Shown here piece after piece: positions 46,401-57,872 of a DNA stretch of 64,000 nucleotides. Origin of the DNA: Gemmatimonadota bacterium (GTDB taxonomy: Bacteria; Gemmatimonadota; Gemmatimonadetes; Longimicrobiales; Gaopeijiaceae); contig JAXHMG010000001.1 of the NCBI GenBank assembly GCA_034521595.1, positions 52,857 to 116,856 of the forward strand. Reading direction: 5' to 3'. Below the pieces are notes generated by a model, which searched no databases, was not told the origin of the DNA, and saw only the letters and a program-made list of their open reading frames with translations. How positions within the stretch are numbered: the first letter of the stretch is position 1; each line of letters starts with the position of its first letter. Both the position numbers and the translations under genes were made by a program.

Positions 46401-46593
46401 GCACGCGGTCGAGGATCTCTCCGGCCGCCTTCCGGGTGAAGGTCGAGGCGAGCACCTCACCCGGCGGCGCGCCCGCCGCCAGCAGCTCGATGATGCGGGT
46501 CGACAGGTGGTACGTCTTCCCCGAGCCCGCCGAAGCGAGCACGAGCTCCCGCGGAGGCTCGAAGGGGGCGGCGCTCACGTCGGGAGGGCTCAT
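43408..46593 (-). CDS. addA: UvrD-family helicase with C-terminal PD-(D/E)XK nuclease (AddA-like)
   Basis: ATG at 46593 (MSPPDVSAAPFEPP...). Walker A ASAGSGKTY, DEFQDTS (motif II), later helicase motifs and a C-terminal nuclease ...GVIDRLVLVERDGRTVQAEVLDFKTDR. Its ATGA start overlaps the upstream gene's stop. Confidence 0.85.
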   Translation of the reverse strand: MSPPDVSAAPFEPPRELVLASAGSGKTYHLSTRIIELLAAGAPPGEVLASTFTRKAAGEILDRVLLRLAEGAADPAKAEELGGTLTDPVRCRALLVRLVRELHHINVGTLDSFFIRIARSFSQEMELPPAWSITDTPTEDRLRTEAVQTVLAEADASELSELLHRVNQGSADRRVHDALLDMMDELLRIRRQVAPDATDPWSPDLGVSEVPPLPEIEGRAARLAERLRALEVPETKAGTPMKAWANARNEAAAAIFRLDWSTVFTKGIGAKVLAGEETFSRRPIPADFGSIFDEARGLARIHLAGRLRRACEGLGRLAELFEASLTEAQRRAGAYRFEDVTALLGGPHGIAGRPDLHYRLDQQVRHILLDEFQDTSFEQWHALAPLVDELLSGHLDERAGVIVADPKQSIYGWRGARPELVHQVGRRYGLERATLERSWRSSPVVLDFVARVFRDLPSARPIQELPGGPAVAAAWMEDFTELEAAKDLPGHVAVHVGPDDEGTASVQPNLLRFAAERIRDLHEEMPDRSIGVLVRTNKVLAHLMNELAALGVPAGGEGGAPLTDTAPVNALLSLLRLADHPKSSAALYHVARSPVGEVVGLTDPADRAAAPVLADRVRRRLVSDGYGPTLAAWVRGLAPRCDERETLRLLQLVELGHRWDARASLRPRDFVRYVVEEPVEDPSSAPVQVMTIHGAKGLEFDVVLLPELYASLAGHPKGPAVPERDPETGRITRVYPSLKKDMLPLFPEVERAVAELRAADLRDGLSLLYVALTRARHAMHLVIPPDGGSGKHGAGLVRSALALDDAAADADGRVWQSGDARWFEQVEGRTHDGVDEGDVEPAAGEPLLRSASHGAGRNLARRSPSALEGGEHVDLAFHLRIDSGSAVLRGSVVHAWCEAIGWIEDGIPDDDALRARARRVAPAMSRDDLAGLLRTFRSWMTHASVREALSRGAYPDGPDVTVRVERELPFVRRVGDEIQEGVIDRLVLVERDGRTVQAEVLDFKTDRIADGADPALDARVQHYRPQLEAYCAWVRESFALSPADVRGSLLFLEAGRVARAV

Positions 46594-49544
46594 CGGGAGT
46601 CTCCGTCCTCGCCGTCCGAGCCCGCACCGTCCGCGTCGCTCTCCGGAGCCTGCCAGCCCCGGGTGAGGAGCGGCTCGAGGGCATCCGATCCGTAGCGGCG
46701 GGGTTTCGTCACCGTGGCGTCGAAGGTGAAGCGTCCACTCCGGAGGACGCGGACCACCTGGCGCGCGACCTCCTCCGCCTCGGCAAGCTCCTCCTCGTCC
46801 CATTCCGCCAGCAGAAAGGCCGTCTCGGCCGTTTCCCTGGGGAGCGCGACGTAGCCCAGGCTCACCCGGCCGTCGCGCACGGCTTCCGTCGAGACGAGCC
46901 GAGCGCCGTCGCTGTCCACGACGCCGGAGAGGAGCCGGCGGTAGAGCGGAAGCTGGAGGTCGACCCACCGGCGGCCCGAGCCGCGACCTTTCCGGTGGGC
47001 GCGGTCCGGCGTCTCGACCGCGTTGCCCGTCTTGTAGTCCAGGACCGTCCAACGGTCGGTGGCGGGGTGATGGTCGATGCGGTCGATCCGCCCCCGCAGC
47101 AGGAAGGGCGCGCCATCGACGTCGAACGGTACGCCCTCCCCTTCCGGCTGCTGCTCCACGGCCGCGATCCGCCAACCGTCCGCGGCCCAGGCCGCCTGTG
47201 TCTCGGCAAAGGCGGCGAAGCGCGCCCGGAGCTGGCCGGCCTGGAGGGCGACCGCGGGAAGCGCCGCCCGCCCGAAACGCTCGTCCACCAGCGTGTCGAG
47301 CAGCTCGAACAGGAGAGTTCGAACCGAGTCCGCGTCCGCGAGGTCGACCTCGGACGGCGAGGTGAGCGCGGTCGTGCCGAAGCGTTGCAGCACCTCGTGC
47401 GCGAGCGTCCCGAACGCGAGCGGGTCCATCTCGCGGGCGTCGTCGTCGACCGCTTCGAGCTTCATGATCCGCTCGAGCACGAAGCGATACGGATCGGCGA
47501 GGACGGCCCCGAACGCGGTCACGGACAGGCTGCTCGGCACCTCGTCGGGGGAGAGCTCCAGAACGGGCTCCGGGGGGACCTGGAAGCGACTCCGGTCCGC
47601 CGGCTCGAGGCCCACCGACGCGAGGCTCGGCCGCGTCGAGACGTCCCCGGGGTCGCGGAAGAAGGCGAGCACCCGTCCGGGCACGTCCTCGTCCCGGATG
47701 CGGAACAGCAGCCGGCTCGGCCGGAGCGGATCGCCCGTGCTGCTCCGGCGCCCCGCCACGATGCGCGCCGTCTCTTTGGAGTGCAGGACGGTCGTCAGGC
47801 GATACGCGTCGCGGGCGGCACGCCGCCGGTTGTCCACGAGTCCGAGACGACCGCGGAGGCCGTCCGGAAGAAACGGATGGCCGACCGTGGACTCCGGGAG
47901 GAAGCCCTCGTTGCAGCCCGTGATCACGACCACCGGTGCGTCGTCGAGCGCGACCTCCAGCCAGTCGACGAGCTCCAGCGCGTCCCGCCGTGCCTCGGGC
48001 GGCAACGCTTCACCCCGCAACTCGACCAGGAGCGCCCGGATGGCCACGGCGGCCGTGCAGGGGTCGTCCAACCCCTCGGGAAGCGCCCCCAAGGCCGCCG
48101 CCGCCGAGCGCACACGGGTCAGGACGTCGAGGAGCTGCCGGTCCGCGGATCGAGCCCGGTCGAGCGGCCGCGTCTCGTAAGCCACCCGGAGGAGCTCGAG
48201 GACGTCGGGCATCCACCGGGAGAGCCGCCGCCGACCGCCGAGACGGGCGAGCGGACCCGAGCGTGACAGGGCACCGGCCACCGCGGCGAAGCGAGCGGCC
48301 TTCCCGTGGGCACGCGGAAGCCCGTCGGCGATCCGGTGCGGGAGGTGGTCACCGAAGAACCGGTCCGCGATGTCCACGGCCTCCAGGCGCGTGCGCGCTT
48401 CCGGGCCGGCCTCGACCAAGGGGCCCGCGTCCGGATGCCGGAGGAGGGCCGCGAGCGCCGCATAGGTATGATCTTCCACGTAGGCGGCCACCGCCTCGAG
48501 CAGGCGGAGGGGCGCGGCCCGTGTGAGCGGCGTGCCCCCCGCGTACCGTGGGTGCACGCCCCGCGCCTCCAGACGCTGCTCCAGGAACGGGACGACGTCC
48601 GTCTCCGCGTGGACCGAGACGACCACGTCCTCGGCCGCGTACCGCCCACCCAGCGCGTGCAGCGCCGAAACCACGGCATCGGCCTGATCGACGGGCCGGT
48701 CCACGACCCGGAGCACCTCGTCGGTCACCGGGAGCTCGGCCTCCGACCAATACTCCGTGGTCGGCACCCCGTAGGCGTCGAACGCGGCCGCCCCGTCCGT
48801 GCCGCTCTCGTCATCGGCGTCCGTGGGCCCGGCGCTCGGCGCGTGCACGGCCGCGAACGTCCGGGCTCCGCTGCCTTCCACCAGCCGGCGGGTGGCGCTC
48901 GGCAGGTCGACGACCGAGATCAGCCAGATGTCGCCGTCGTGCGGCGGAACTCCGGCTTCGAGGGCCGCGATCCGGAGCTCGTGCCGGTCGGCGAGCCCCG
49001 CCTCGCCGAGGCGGGCCAGATACCGCTCCCGCACGCCCGCGAGCACCTCCCAGCGCGCCCCGTCGTCGAAGCCCGGCTCCGTCCCGCACATCCGTGCCAC
49101 GTCCGCGAACCGGTGCCCTTCCCGCGCGACCGTCTCGTGCAACCCGGCGAGGAGATCCGCGAGCGCGTCCCAGCCCGCGAGGTCGCCCGGTCCGGGAAGC
49201 CGCGGGAACACCGGCCGGAGCGCCTCCGGGTCCGTGGCGCGCAGCGCGTGCGACCAGGCGCGGCGGGCCGTGCTCGGCTCCGCCGGCGGACGCGGCGCGT
49301 CCAGCAGGCGGTCCGGCAGCCCACCCACCGTCACGGAGTCGGGCGGAATCAGCGTGAGTCCGCGGTCTCCGGCCTCTTCCAGGAGCAGCTCGACCAGGCG
49401 TCGCCGGGCCCGCGCGCCCGGCAGCACCGCCGTCACCCCGCGCAGGTCGGCCACGCGACCGGACGTGTAGTGATCGAGGAGCCGCGCCGCCGCTTGCGGC
49501 AGGAGCGGCCGGTCCCAGTCGAGGAAGAAGCGCGTGGGCGGCAC
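46590..49544 (-). CDS. addB: AddB-like PD-(D/E)XK nuclease subunit (degenerate helicase-like N-terminus, no Walker A)
   Basis: 984 aa. C-terminal RGRIDRIDHHPATDRWTVLDYKTG nuclease motif. I could not find a GxGKT motif. The C-terminal 250 aa contain no Cys, so no AddB-type Fe-S cluster. Confidence 0.75.
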   Translation of the reverse strand: MPPTRFFLDWDRPLLPQAAARLLDHYTSGRVADLRGVTAVLPGARARRRLVELLLEEAGDRGLTLIPPDSVTVGGLPDRLLDAPRPPAEPSTARRAWSHALRATDPEALRPVFPRLPGPGDLAGWDALADLLAGLHETVAREGHRFADVARMCGTEPGFDDGARWEVLAGVRERYLARLGEAGLADRHELRIAALEAGVPPHDGDIWLISVVDLPSATRRLVEGSGARTFAAVHAPSAGPTDADDESGTDGAAAFDAYGVPTTEYWSEAELPVTDEVLRVVDRPVDQADAVVSALHALGGRYAAEDVVVSVHAETDVVPFLEQRLEARGVHPRYAGGTPLTRAAPLRLLEAVAAYVEDHTYAALAALLRHPDAGPLVEAGPEARTRLEAVDIADRFFGDHLPHRIADGLPRAHGKAARFAAVAGALSRSGPLARLGGRRRLSRWMPDVLELLRVAYETRPLDRARSADRQLLDVLTRVRSAAAALGALPEGLDDPCTAAVAIRALLVELRGEALPPEARRDALELVDWLEVALDDAPVVVITGCNEGFLPESTVGHPFLPDGLRGRLGLVDNRRRAARDAYRLTTVLHSKETARIVAGRRSSTGDPLRPSRLLFRIRDEDVPGRVLAFFRDPGDVSTRPSLASVGLEPADRSRFQVPPEPVLELSPDEVPSSLSVTAFGAVLADPYRFVLERIMKLEAVDDDAREMDPLAFGTLAHEVLQRFGTTALTSPSEVDLADADSVRTLLFELLDTLVDERFGRAALPAVALQAGQLRARFAAFAETQAAWAADGWRIAAVEQQPEGEGVPFDVDGAPFLLRGRIDRIDHHPATDRWTVLDYKTGNAVETPDRAHRKGRGSGRRWVDLQLPLYRRLLSGVVDSDGARLVSTEAVRDGRVSLGYVALPRETAETAFLLAEWDEEELAEAEEVARQVVRVLRSGRFTFDATVTKPRRYGSDALEPLLTRGWQAPESDADGAGSDGEDGDSR

Positions 49545-49547
49545 GGC

Positions 49548-52253
49548 TCAGCCGGCCGGGGCGCGGGTGAGATGGATGGAATGGGCGCCGAGGGAAGCGT
49601 AGTCCTCGGGGGTGCAGGTCATGAGCACCACCTGGAGCCCTCGTCCCGCGGCCCGGTCGAGCGCCCGCATGAGCCCCCGGACGCGCTCCGGGTCCGAATA
49701 CGCGAACGCGTCGTCGAGGACGATGGGGAGCGCTCCGTCATGGTCTTCGGCCAACAGCTCGGCCGCCGCGAGCCGCACCGCCACCGCGAACTGCTCGCGC
49801 GCCCCTCCGCTCAGCTCCTCGAACGCGAAGCGCTCCCCGCGGCGGAGGGAGGGCGTGGCGAGGGACGTGCCCTCGAGGTCGAGCGCGATCTCGCTCCCGT
49901 CCGCGAAGATCGTCCGCAAATAGCCGTTGACCCGCTCCTCGAGCGGAGCCACGAGACTGCGGGTGAGCGCCCCCTTCTCCGTCTCGAAGGTCTCGTGGAG
50001 GAGGGCGAGCGCGTCGGCCCGGAGGCGCGCGCTACGCTCCCGTTCGCGGGCCCGGTCGAGCGCCGCGTGGGCCGCCTTCAGGTCGGCGTAGGGATCGGTC
50101 GTGCCACCCGACTCCAGCAGGGCCCGGGCCCCCGCCCGCTCGCGGTCCGCCTCACTCCGCTCGCTCCGCTGCTGCTCGAGAGCGCGCACCAGTCGGGTCC
50201 GGTCCGCCTCGAGCTGGTCCGGGTCGAGCCCGGCCAGCGCCGCCTCCGTTTCCGCGAGCTGCTCGGCCTCGCGGGCCTCCCGCTCGGCGAGCCCTTCGAG
50301 CTCCTGACGGCGCCGCTCGGCGTCACCGACCCGCTCTTCCAGCAGCTCGAGGTTCGACTTCTTCCGGTCGACCTCCGCCTTCACCGATCGCAGCGCCTCC
50401 CGCTTCTCCTCCAGGGTCCCGGAGGCCTGTTCGACCGCCCGGGCCTTTTCCGAACGCTCCTCCTCGAGCCGGCGCTCGGTCTCTTCGCGCTCGGCGAGCA
50501 CGCGTTCGGCCTCCTCGACCCCGGCCGCCAGAGTCTCGGGCGCCGGTGGCTCGGCCTCGTCTCCCGGGAGTTCTTCGCCGAACCGCGCGAGCGCGCCCTG
50601 CGCCTCCTGCCACTGCTCCTGGGCGCGGCGGAGCCGGGCGTCGAAGTCCTCGCCGGCGAGCCCCTCGAGCTTCGCCCGGGCGCCGTCCCTCGCCGACTCG
50701 AGCTTCACGCGCTCTTTCGAGGTCTCGCGTGCCTTCGCGAGCGAGGCGCATCCGAGCTCCTCGAGGCGCCCGGCGAGGGTGGCGGCCCGTTCCTCGGCGA
50801 GCGCGCGCGTCTCCTCGAGCGTCTCACCTCCACCGGGCCGGATGCGGATCCGCGTCTCCTCTCCGACGCGGAGCTCCGTGTCGCGCGTCACGGTACGCGG
50901 CGTCTCCGGCTCGATCGGCTCGTCCGCCAGACGGACGGGCAGACCCGCCTCCAGGACCTCGATCTCCGCGGCCACCGCGCTCAGCCGGTCCTCGCTCCGC
51001 AGCCGCTCGGCGTCGAGGGCGGCGAGCTCTTCCAGAACTTCGTCGGTGACCGGCGGCAGCTCCGAAAGCGCCCGGGTCGCCTCGTCGATCTCCTCCTCGA
51101 GCGCTTCCACCCGCTCCCGCACGCTTTCGAGCTCGGCGAGCTGTTCGCGCCGTTCCGCATGCTGGAGGCGCGCACGCCTGCGCTCGAGCTCGACTCTCGC
51201 TTCCCGGACGGCCCGAGCGGCATCCTCGCGCAGCCGCTCCGCTCGCGCACGGGCTTCGAGGCGCTCGGCGTGATCGGCTTCGAGCGCCTCGAACGCCGTT
51301 TCCTGCGTGGCAACGTCCTCGCGGCGCGCTGCGATCGCTTCCACGAGCTCGGCGATCTCGCGGTCCGCCTCACGCAAGCGCTCGAGCCGCTCGCGGGTCT
51401 CGGTGAGCTTCCGCGTCCGCTCCTCCTGCTCGCGACGGAGCCGCTCCACCTCCCGCAGGCGCTCGGCGACCCGTGCCTCCTCTTCCTCGAGGCTCGCCAA
51501 CGCCTCGCGGGCCTTCTCGAGCCGTGCTCCCGCGTCGCGGTACCGCTCGGCCGCACCCTCGAGCTCCCGGACCGCGGCCGTTCGCTCCTCGAGGCGTGCC
51601 TGCGCCGCGGCGGCGGCCTCTTCTCGCTCGTGCAGCTCGGACCCGGCTCTCGGCTTCCCGGCCTTCGTGAACACCTCCTCGTAGCGCGCCCGCACCCGGC
51701 CCGCGACCTCGCTGTCCCGCTGCGAGACGTAGAGCCCCAGCCCGCCCATCGACTGAAGCCGTTGGATGAGCTGATCGGCCTGGGCCTGGAGGCTTCCGGC
51801 CGGATCGCCGCCGCTGGCCCCCTGCCAGACCCAGAGATGGGCCCACTTGTCGTCCAACTGGCCCGCACGCCGCCCGCCCAGCGCGTCCTCACCCCGGAGA
51901 AGCTCCGCGAGGCGCGCCTCCGCCTCGTCACCGGAAAGGGTCGTCTCGCCGTGACGGGAGAGCCGGACCGTTCCGTTGCCCCCCGAAAAGCGCTTGTGGA
52001 GCGTCCATTCCGCGCCGTCCGCCGCGAACACCACCTCCACCTCCGGATGTCCGCCGTCCGGACGCGTCAGCAACCCCTCCCGCACGGCTCCGGTCACGTT
52101 GGGGCGCAGAAAGAGCGCCCGGTGCAGCGCCTCGGCCACCGTGGATTTCCCGACCTCGTTGGGGCCCGCGACCAGGTTGAGGCGGTCGTCGAAACGGACC
52201 TCGAGATCCCGGTGGACCCGGTAGTTCCGGACCTTCAGGCTGCGCAGGCGCAT
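49548..52253 (-). CDS. SMC-like AAA ATPase of the SbcC/YhaN type
   Basis: 901 aa. N-terminal MRLRSLKVRNYRVHRDLEVRFDDRLNLVAGPNEVGKST (Walker A), about 600 aa of Glu/Arg/Ala/Leu-rich coiled coil, then C-terminal LSGGAREQ signature and IVLDDAF Walker B. Confidence 0.85.
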   Translation of the reverse strand: MRLRSLKVRNYRVHRDLEVRFDDRLNLVAGPNEVGKSTVAEALHRALFLRPNVTGAVREGLLTRPDGGHPEVEVVFAADGAEWTLHKRFSGGNGTVRLSRHGETTLSGDEAEARLAELLRGEDALGGRRAGQLDDKWAHLWVWQGASGGDPAGSLQAQADQLIQRLQSMGGLGLYVSQRDSEVAGRVRARYEEVFTKAGKPRAGSELHEREEAAAAAQARLEERTAAVRELEGAAERYRDAGARLEKAREALASLEEEEARVAERLREVERLRREQEERTRKLTETRERLERLREADREIAELVEAIAARREDVATQETAFEALEADHAERLEARARAERLREDAARAVREARVELERRRARLQHAERREQLAELESVRERVEALEEEIDEATRALSELPPVTDEVLEELAALDAERLRSEDRLSAVAAEIEVLEAGLPVRLADEPIEPETPRTVTRDTELRVGEETRIRIRPGGGETLEETRALAEERAATLAGRLEELGCASLAKARETSKERVKLESARDGARAKLEGLAGEDFDARLRRAQEQWQEAQGALARFGEELPGDEAEPPAPETLAAGVEEAERVLAEREETERRLEEERSEKARAVEQASGTLEEKREALRSVKAEVDRKKSNLELLEERVGDAERRRQELEGLAEREAREAEQLAETEAALAGLDPDQLEADRTRLVRALEQQRSERSEADRERAGARALLESGGTTDPYADLKAAHAALDRARERERSARLRADALALLHETFETEKGALTRSLVAPLEERVNGYLRTIFADGSEIALDLEGTSLATPSLRRGERFAFEELSGGAREQFAVAVRLAAAELLAEDHDGALPIVLDDAFAYSDPERVRGLMRALDRAAGRGLQVVLMTCTPEDYASLGAHSIHLTRAPAG

Positions 52254-52257
52254 GAGC

Positions 52258-53421
52258 TCACTCCCCCGCCAGCGAATACAGGTCGCGGAGCGCCAACTCG
52301 GCGGCCGGACCCCGTTCGTCGCCCGCCTCGATCCGCTCCGCCAGTCGGGTCGCCACCTTCGCGACGAGCGGGTCCGTGCCGCGCTCGGTGAGCCCCTCGA
52401 GCTCCTCCCGGGACGGCGCGAGCCGGACGCGGTCGTCCAGCTTCAAACGGAGCAGCCTGCTCCCCAGCGACTCCAGGACCTCGTCGAGGTCGCTCCTCGC
52501 CGCCAGGCTCAGCCCGCCGTCGAGGGTCAAACGGAGCAGATCCTGCCGCGTGCGCCCTCCCAGGCGGGCCGCGACGTCCTCCCGCAGGTGATCGACGTCG
52601 CTCGGTCCGCCGAGCGTCGCCTCGTGGACGTGCCACCGCAACCGCCCCGTGGCCGCCGGCCGCACGCTCGGATCCTTCGCTCGCGCCGCGTCCACGACCA
52701 GCACGTGTCCCTGGTCGTGATCCTCGCTCTTCGGAAAGCGATCGGGCTCGGGTGTGCCCGAATACCACGCTGCGTCGGAGACCCGCTTCGTGCCGTGCCA
52801 GTCGCCGAGCGCCACGTAGTCGATGGCTCCGGGCGGCAACCGGTCGAGCTCGACCCGGTTCGGCTCCGCCGCGGGCAGGCCCTCCTCATCCACGTCGCTC
52901 GAGAAGCCCTGGACGCTTCCGTGCGCGAGCACGATCCGCACGCGACCGCCGGCGTCCTCGAACACCTCGGGCGCCCGGAGCCACGCCGTCGGATCCTGGG
53001 CGAGTTGACGGTGCGCGAGCGGCGCGGGATGGATCACCGCGTCGCCGACCTCGGCCGGGGCGGCCTCCAGCAGCACCCGGAGGTTGGGCGCGAGCTCCCG
53101 GCGCTCCCGCTCGAAGAAGTCCTGCTCCCATACGCTTCCCGGCCCCGCGTGATCGTGGTTGCCCGGGATCGCCAGCACCGGCACCTCCATCGCGCCGACG
53201 GCGGACATCGCCGCCGACACCACGTCCCGGCTCGGGCTGGGGGAATCGAACAGGTCGCCCGCGACGAGCACGAACGCCGCGCCTTCCTCGCGTACGAGCT
53301 CCGCCACGCTCCGGAGCGTCTCGAGCCGGGCTTCACGCACGCGCGACCGTTTGTCCGCGTCCTCCATGGACGCGAACGGCTTGCCCAGGTGCCAGTCGGA
53401 CGTGTGGACGAACTTCGCCAT
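52258..53421 (-). CDS. SbcD/YhaO-type metallophosphoesterase nuclease subunit
   Basis: 387 aa. MAKFVHTSDWHLGKPF, VLVAGDLFD, AIPGNHD and LAHGSV are calcineurin-like phosphoesterase motifs in Mre11/SbcD order. The stop lies 4 nt before the ATPase gene. Confidence 0.85.
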   Translation of the reverse strand: MAKFVHTSDWHLGKPFASMEDADKRSRVREARLETLRSVAELVREEGAAFVLVAGDLFDSPSPSRDVVSAAMSAVGAMEVPVLAIPGNHDHAGPGSVWEQDFFERERRELAPNLRVLLEAAPAEVGDAVIHPAPLAHRQLAQDPTAWLRAPEVFEDAGGRVRIVLAHGSVQGFSSDVDEEGLPAAEPNRVELDRLPPGAIDYVALGDWHGTKRVSDAAWYSGTPEPDRFPKSEDHDQGHVLVVDAARAKDPSVRPAATGRLRWHVHEATLGGPSDVDHLREDVAARLGGRTRQDLLRLTLDGGLSLAARSDLDEVLESLGSRLLRLKLDDRVRLAPSREELEGLTERGTDPLVAKVATRLAERIEAGDERGPAAELALRDLYSLAGE

Positions 53422-53564
53422 GATGCCTCGGCTCGGGAAACGCGATTCGGGAGATCCGTCGCCCGCAAACTACAAGCAGACGCGGATCGTGCGAGCGTCG
53501 TCCGAAAGGTCACGGCGGGGTGTGACGGAGGGTGCGGCAGGCGCGTGGTCCCGGACCCGAGGCC

Positions 53565-53599
53565 GCTCGGGCTACCCCGCGACGCAGGGTAGCCCGAGC
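53565..53599 (-). terminator. hairpin terminator downstream of katG
   Basis: 13-bp perfect stem GCTCGGGCTACCC / GGGTAGCCCGAGC with a 9-nt loop, starting 17 nt after the katG stop. No clear U-tract. Confidence 0.55.
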
Positions 53600-53615
53600 A
53601 CGTCTTCACTCAGAA

Positions 53616-56026
<2,411 letters not shown>

Positions 56027-56081
56027 ATATCACACGACCGTCCGCCATGAGCCCGGCGCGGTCCAGGATCGGAGACACGCC

Positions 56082-56999
56082 ATGACGGTGACCCAACTGA
56101 AGTACGCGGTCGCGGTGGACGACCACCGGAGCTTTTCCCGGGCGGCGGACCGCTGCCGGGTCACCCAACCGAGCCTGAGCGCGCAGATCAAGAAGCTCGA
56201 GAACGAGCTTGGCGTGGAGATCTTCGATCGGAGCACGACCCCCGTGCGCCCCACGGATGCGGGACGCCGAATCGTCCGGCAGGCCCGCCTGGTCCTCGGG
56301 GAGCTCGGACGGCTCTCGGAGCTCGTGCACGACGGAAGCGAGGTCGCCGGTGAGCTGCACGTCGGCGTCCTCCCCACGGTGGCGCCCTGCATCCTCACCC
56401 GCTTCATGGTGGATCTCACGACCCGGCATCCCGGGCTGAGACTGAAGGTGGCGGAGCAGCGGACGGACGAGATCGTGGAAAACCTCCAGAAGGGGAGGCT
56501 CGATGCCGGCCTCCTCGCCACCCCGGTGGACAACCCGGACCTCAGGGAGCGCATCCTCTTCCGGGAGCCGTTCGTGGCCTACCTCTCCCCGGAGCACCGC
56601 CTGTCGTCGTCGAAGCGCATTCAGACCGACCAGCTCCGCCGCGAGGACCTCTGGCTCCTTCGGGAGGGGCATTGCTTCCGCGATCAGGTCCTGGACCTGT
56701 GCGCGGAGATGAATTGGGACGAAGCCGAGCCGCCGGCGCTCCGCTTCGAGAGCGGAAATCTCGAAACCCTCTCACGGCTGGTTGAGACCAAGGGCGGCAT
56801 GACGCTCCTGCCCAGCCTCATCCTCCACGGGATGACCGACGACAGGCGCAAGCACGTGCGCAGCTTCGACGAACCCGCACCCGTGCGCACCCTCCGGCTC
56901 GTCCACCGCAGGGCCAACGTCAAGCAGGTCGTCCTCGAGGCCTTCGCCGACGAGTTCCTCGCGCTCGTGCGCCGGGAGCTTCCGGACGCGGCCCTGTGA
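56082..56999 (+). CDS. oxyR: LysR-family hydrogen-peroxide sensor/regulator OxyR
   Basis: 305 aa. LysR HTH MTVTQLKYAVAVDDHRSFSRAADRCRVTQPSLSAQIKKLE. Redox Cys pair in LREGHCFRDQVLDLC (C199/C208-equivalent spacing). Divergent from katG. Confidence 0.88.
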   Translation: MTVTQLKYAVAVDDHRSFSRAADRCRVTQPSLSAQIKKLENELGVEIFDRSTTPVRPTDAGRRIVRQARLVLGELGRLSELVHDGSEVAGELHVGVLPTVAPCILTRFMVDLTTRHPGLRLKVAEQRTDEIVENLQKGRLDAGLLATPVDNPDLRERILFREPFVAYLSPEHRLSSSKRIQTDQLRREDLWLLREGHCFRDQVLDLCAEMNWDEAEPPALRFESGNLETLSRLVETKGGMTLLPSLILHGMTDDRRKHVRSFDEPAPVRTLRLVHRRANVKQVVLEAFADEFLALVRRELPDAAL

Positions 57000-57093
57000 T
57001 CGGGCGAGTGCGGCTGCGGCTGCGGGAAGGGACCCTGCTCGCGATCGCCTTGTAGGAGTTCGGGAGACCCGTGCCTCTCGAGCGACCGCCGCT

Positions 57094-57810
57094 ATGGCCC
57101 ACACCATCCGCCTCCCGGCCCTGACCCTGGCCTTGATCGGCCTCGGTCTGCCCGGCTCCGCGGCCGCTCAAGCGGACCCCTACACGGAAGAGCGCGAGCG
57201 GCTCGTGGCCGAGCACATCGAAGGGCAACAGGTCGACGACCCCGCGGTGCTCGCGGCCATGCGGGAGGTTCCGCGCCACCTCTTCATTCCCGAGGAGCGA
57301 CGCGGCTACGCGTACGAGGACCGGCCGGTGCCGATCGGCTACGGCCAGACGATCTCCCAGCCCTCGCTGGTGGCCTACATGACGCAGCTCCTCGAGCTCG
57401 AGCCGGGGATGCGCGTGCTCGAGATCGGGACCGGCTCCGGCTACCAGGCGGCCGTCCTGGGCGCGATCCTGGACGACGTCTTCACCGTGGAGATCATCGA
57501 GGAGCTGGCGCGCCGGGGCGGGGGTAACCTGAGGGAGGCCGGCTACGGGCACGTACGGGTCCGGCACGCGGACGGATACTACGGCTGGGAAGAGCACGCC
57601 CCGTACGACGCGATCATCGTGACCGCCGCGGCCGATCACGTCCCCCCGCCGTTGATCGACCAGTTGAAGGACGGCGGGCGCATGGTCATCCCCGTGGGCT
57701 CGCCGTTCCGCACCCAAACGCTCATGCTGGTGACCCGCGACGGCGAGGACACCCTCACCGAATCGCTCCTGCCCGTGCGCTTCGTGCCCCTGACGCGCGA
57801 ATCACCGTGA
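57094..57810 (+). CDS. pcm: protein-L-isoaspartate O-methyltransferase with N-terminal signal peptide
   Basis: 238 aa. MAHTIRLPALTLALIGLGLPGSAAAQ, then GYGQTISQPSLVAYMTQLLEL..GMRVLEIGTGSGYQAAVL and MVIPVG motifs. Confidence 0.88.
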   Translation: MAHTIRLPALTLALIGLGLPGSAAAQADPYTEERERLVAEHIEGQQVDDPAVLAAMREVPRHLFIPEERRGYAYEDRPVPIGYGQTISQPSLVAYMTQLLELEPGMRVLEIGTGSGYQAAVLGAILDDVFTVEIIEELARRGGGNLREAGYGHVRVRHADGYYGWEEHAPYDAIIVTAAADHVPPPLIDQLKDGGRMVIPVGSPFRTQTLMLVTRDGEDTLTESLLPVRFVPLTRESP

Positions 57811-57872
57811 GGGCGGATCCAACGTGAGAGCGAAGCCGATCACGGCCGCGCCGTGACCGTCCGGCCGCTGTC

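Noticed and set aside
48306-52391. 1361-aa plus-strand ORF, the longest in the track
   Set aside because: It is antisense to the addB-like and sbcC-like genes. The coiled-coil gene is rich in GAG/CGC/GCC codons, which leaves the opposite strand free of stops. The translation is Arg/Leu/Pro/Gly-rich with no motifs.
43408-53421. The four-gene nuclease/ATPase/helicase cluster as a novel anti-phage defence system
   Set aside because: The domain set and tight operon structure match the housekeeping AddAB plus SbcCD/YhaON DNA-end-processing machinery. The neighbours are core genes (ggt, katG), there are no mobile-element hallmarks, and there is no compositional shift visible by eye.
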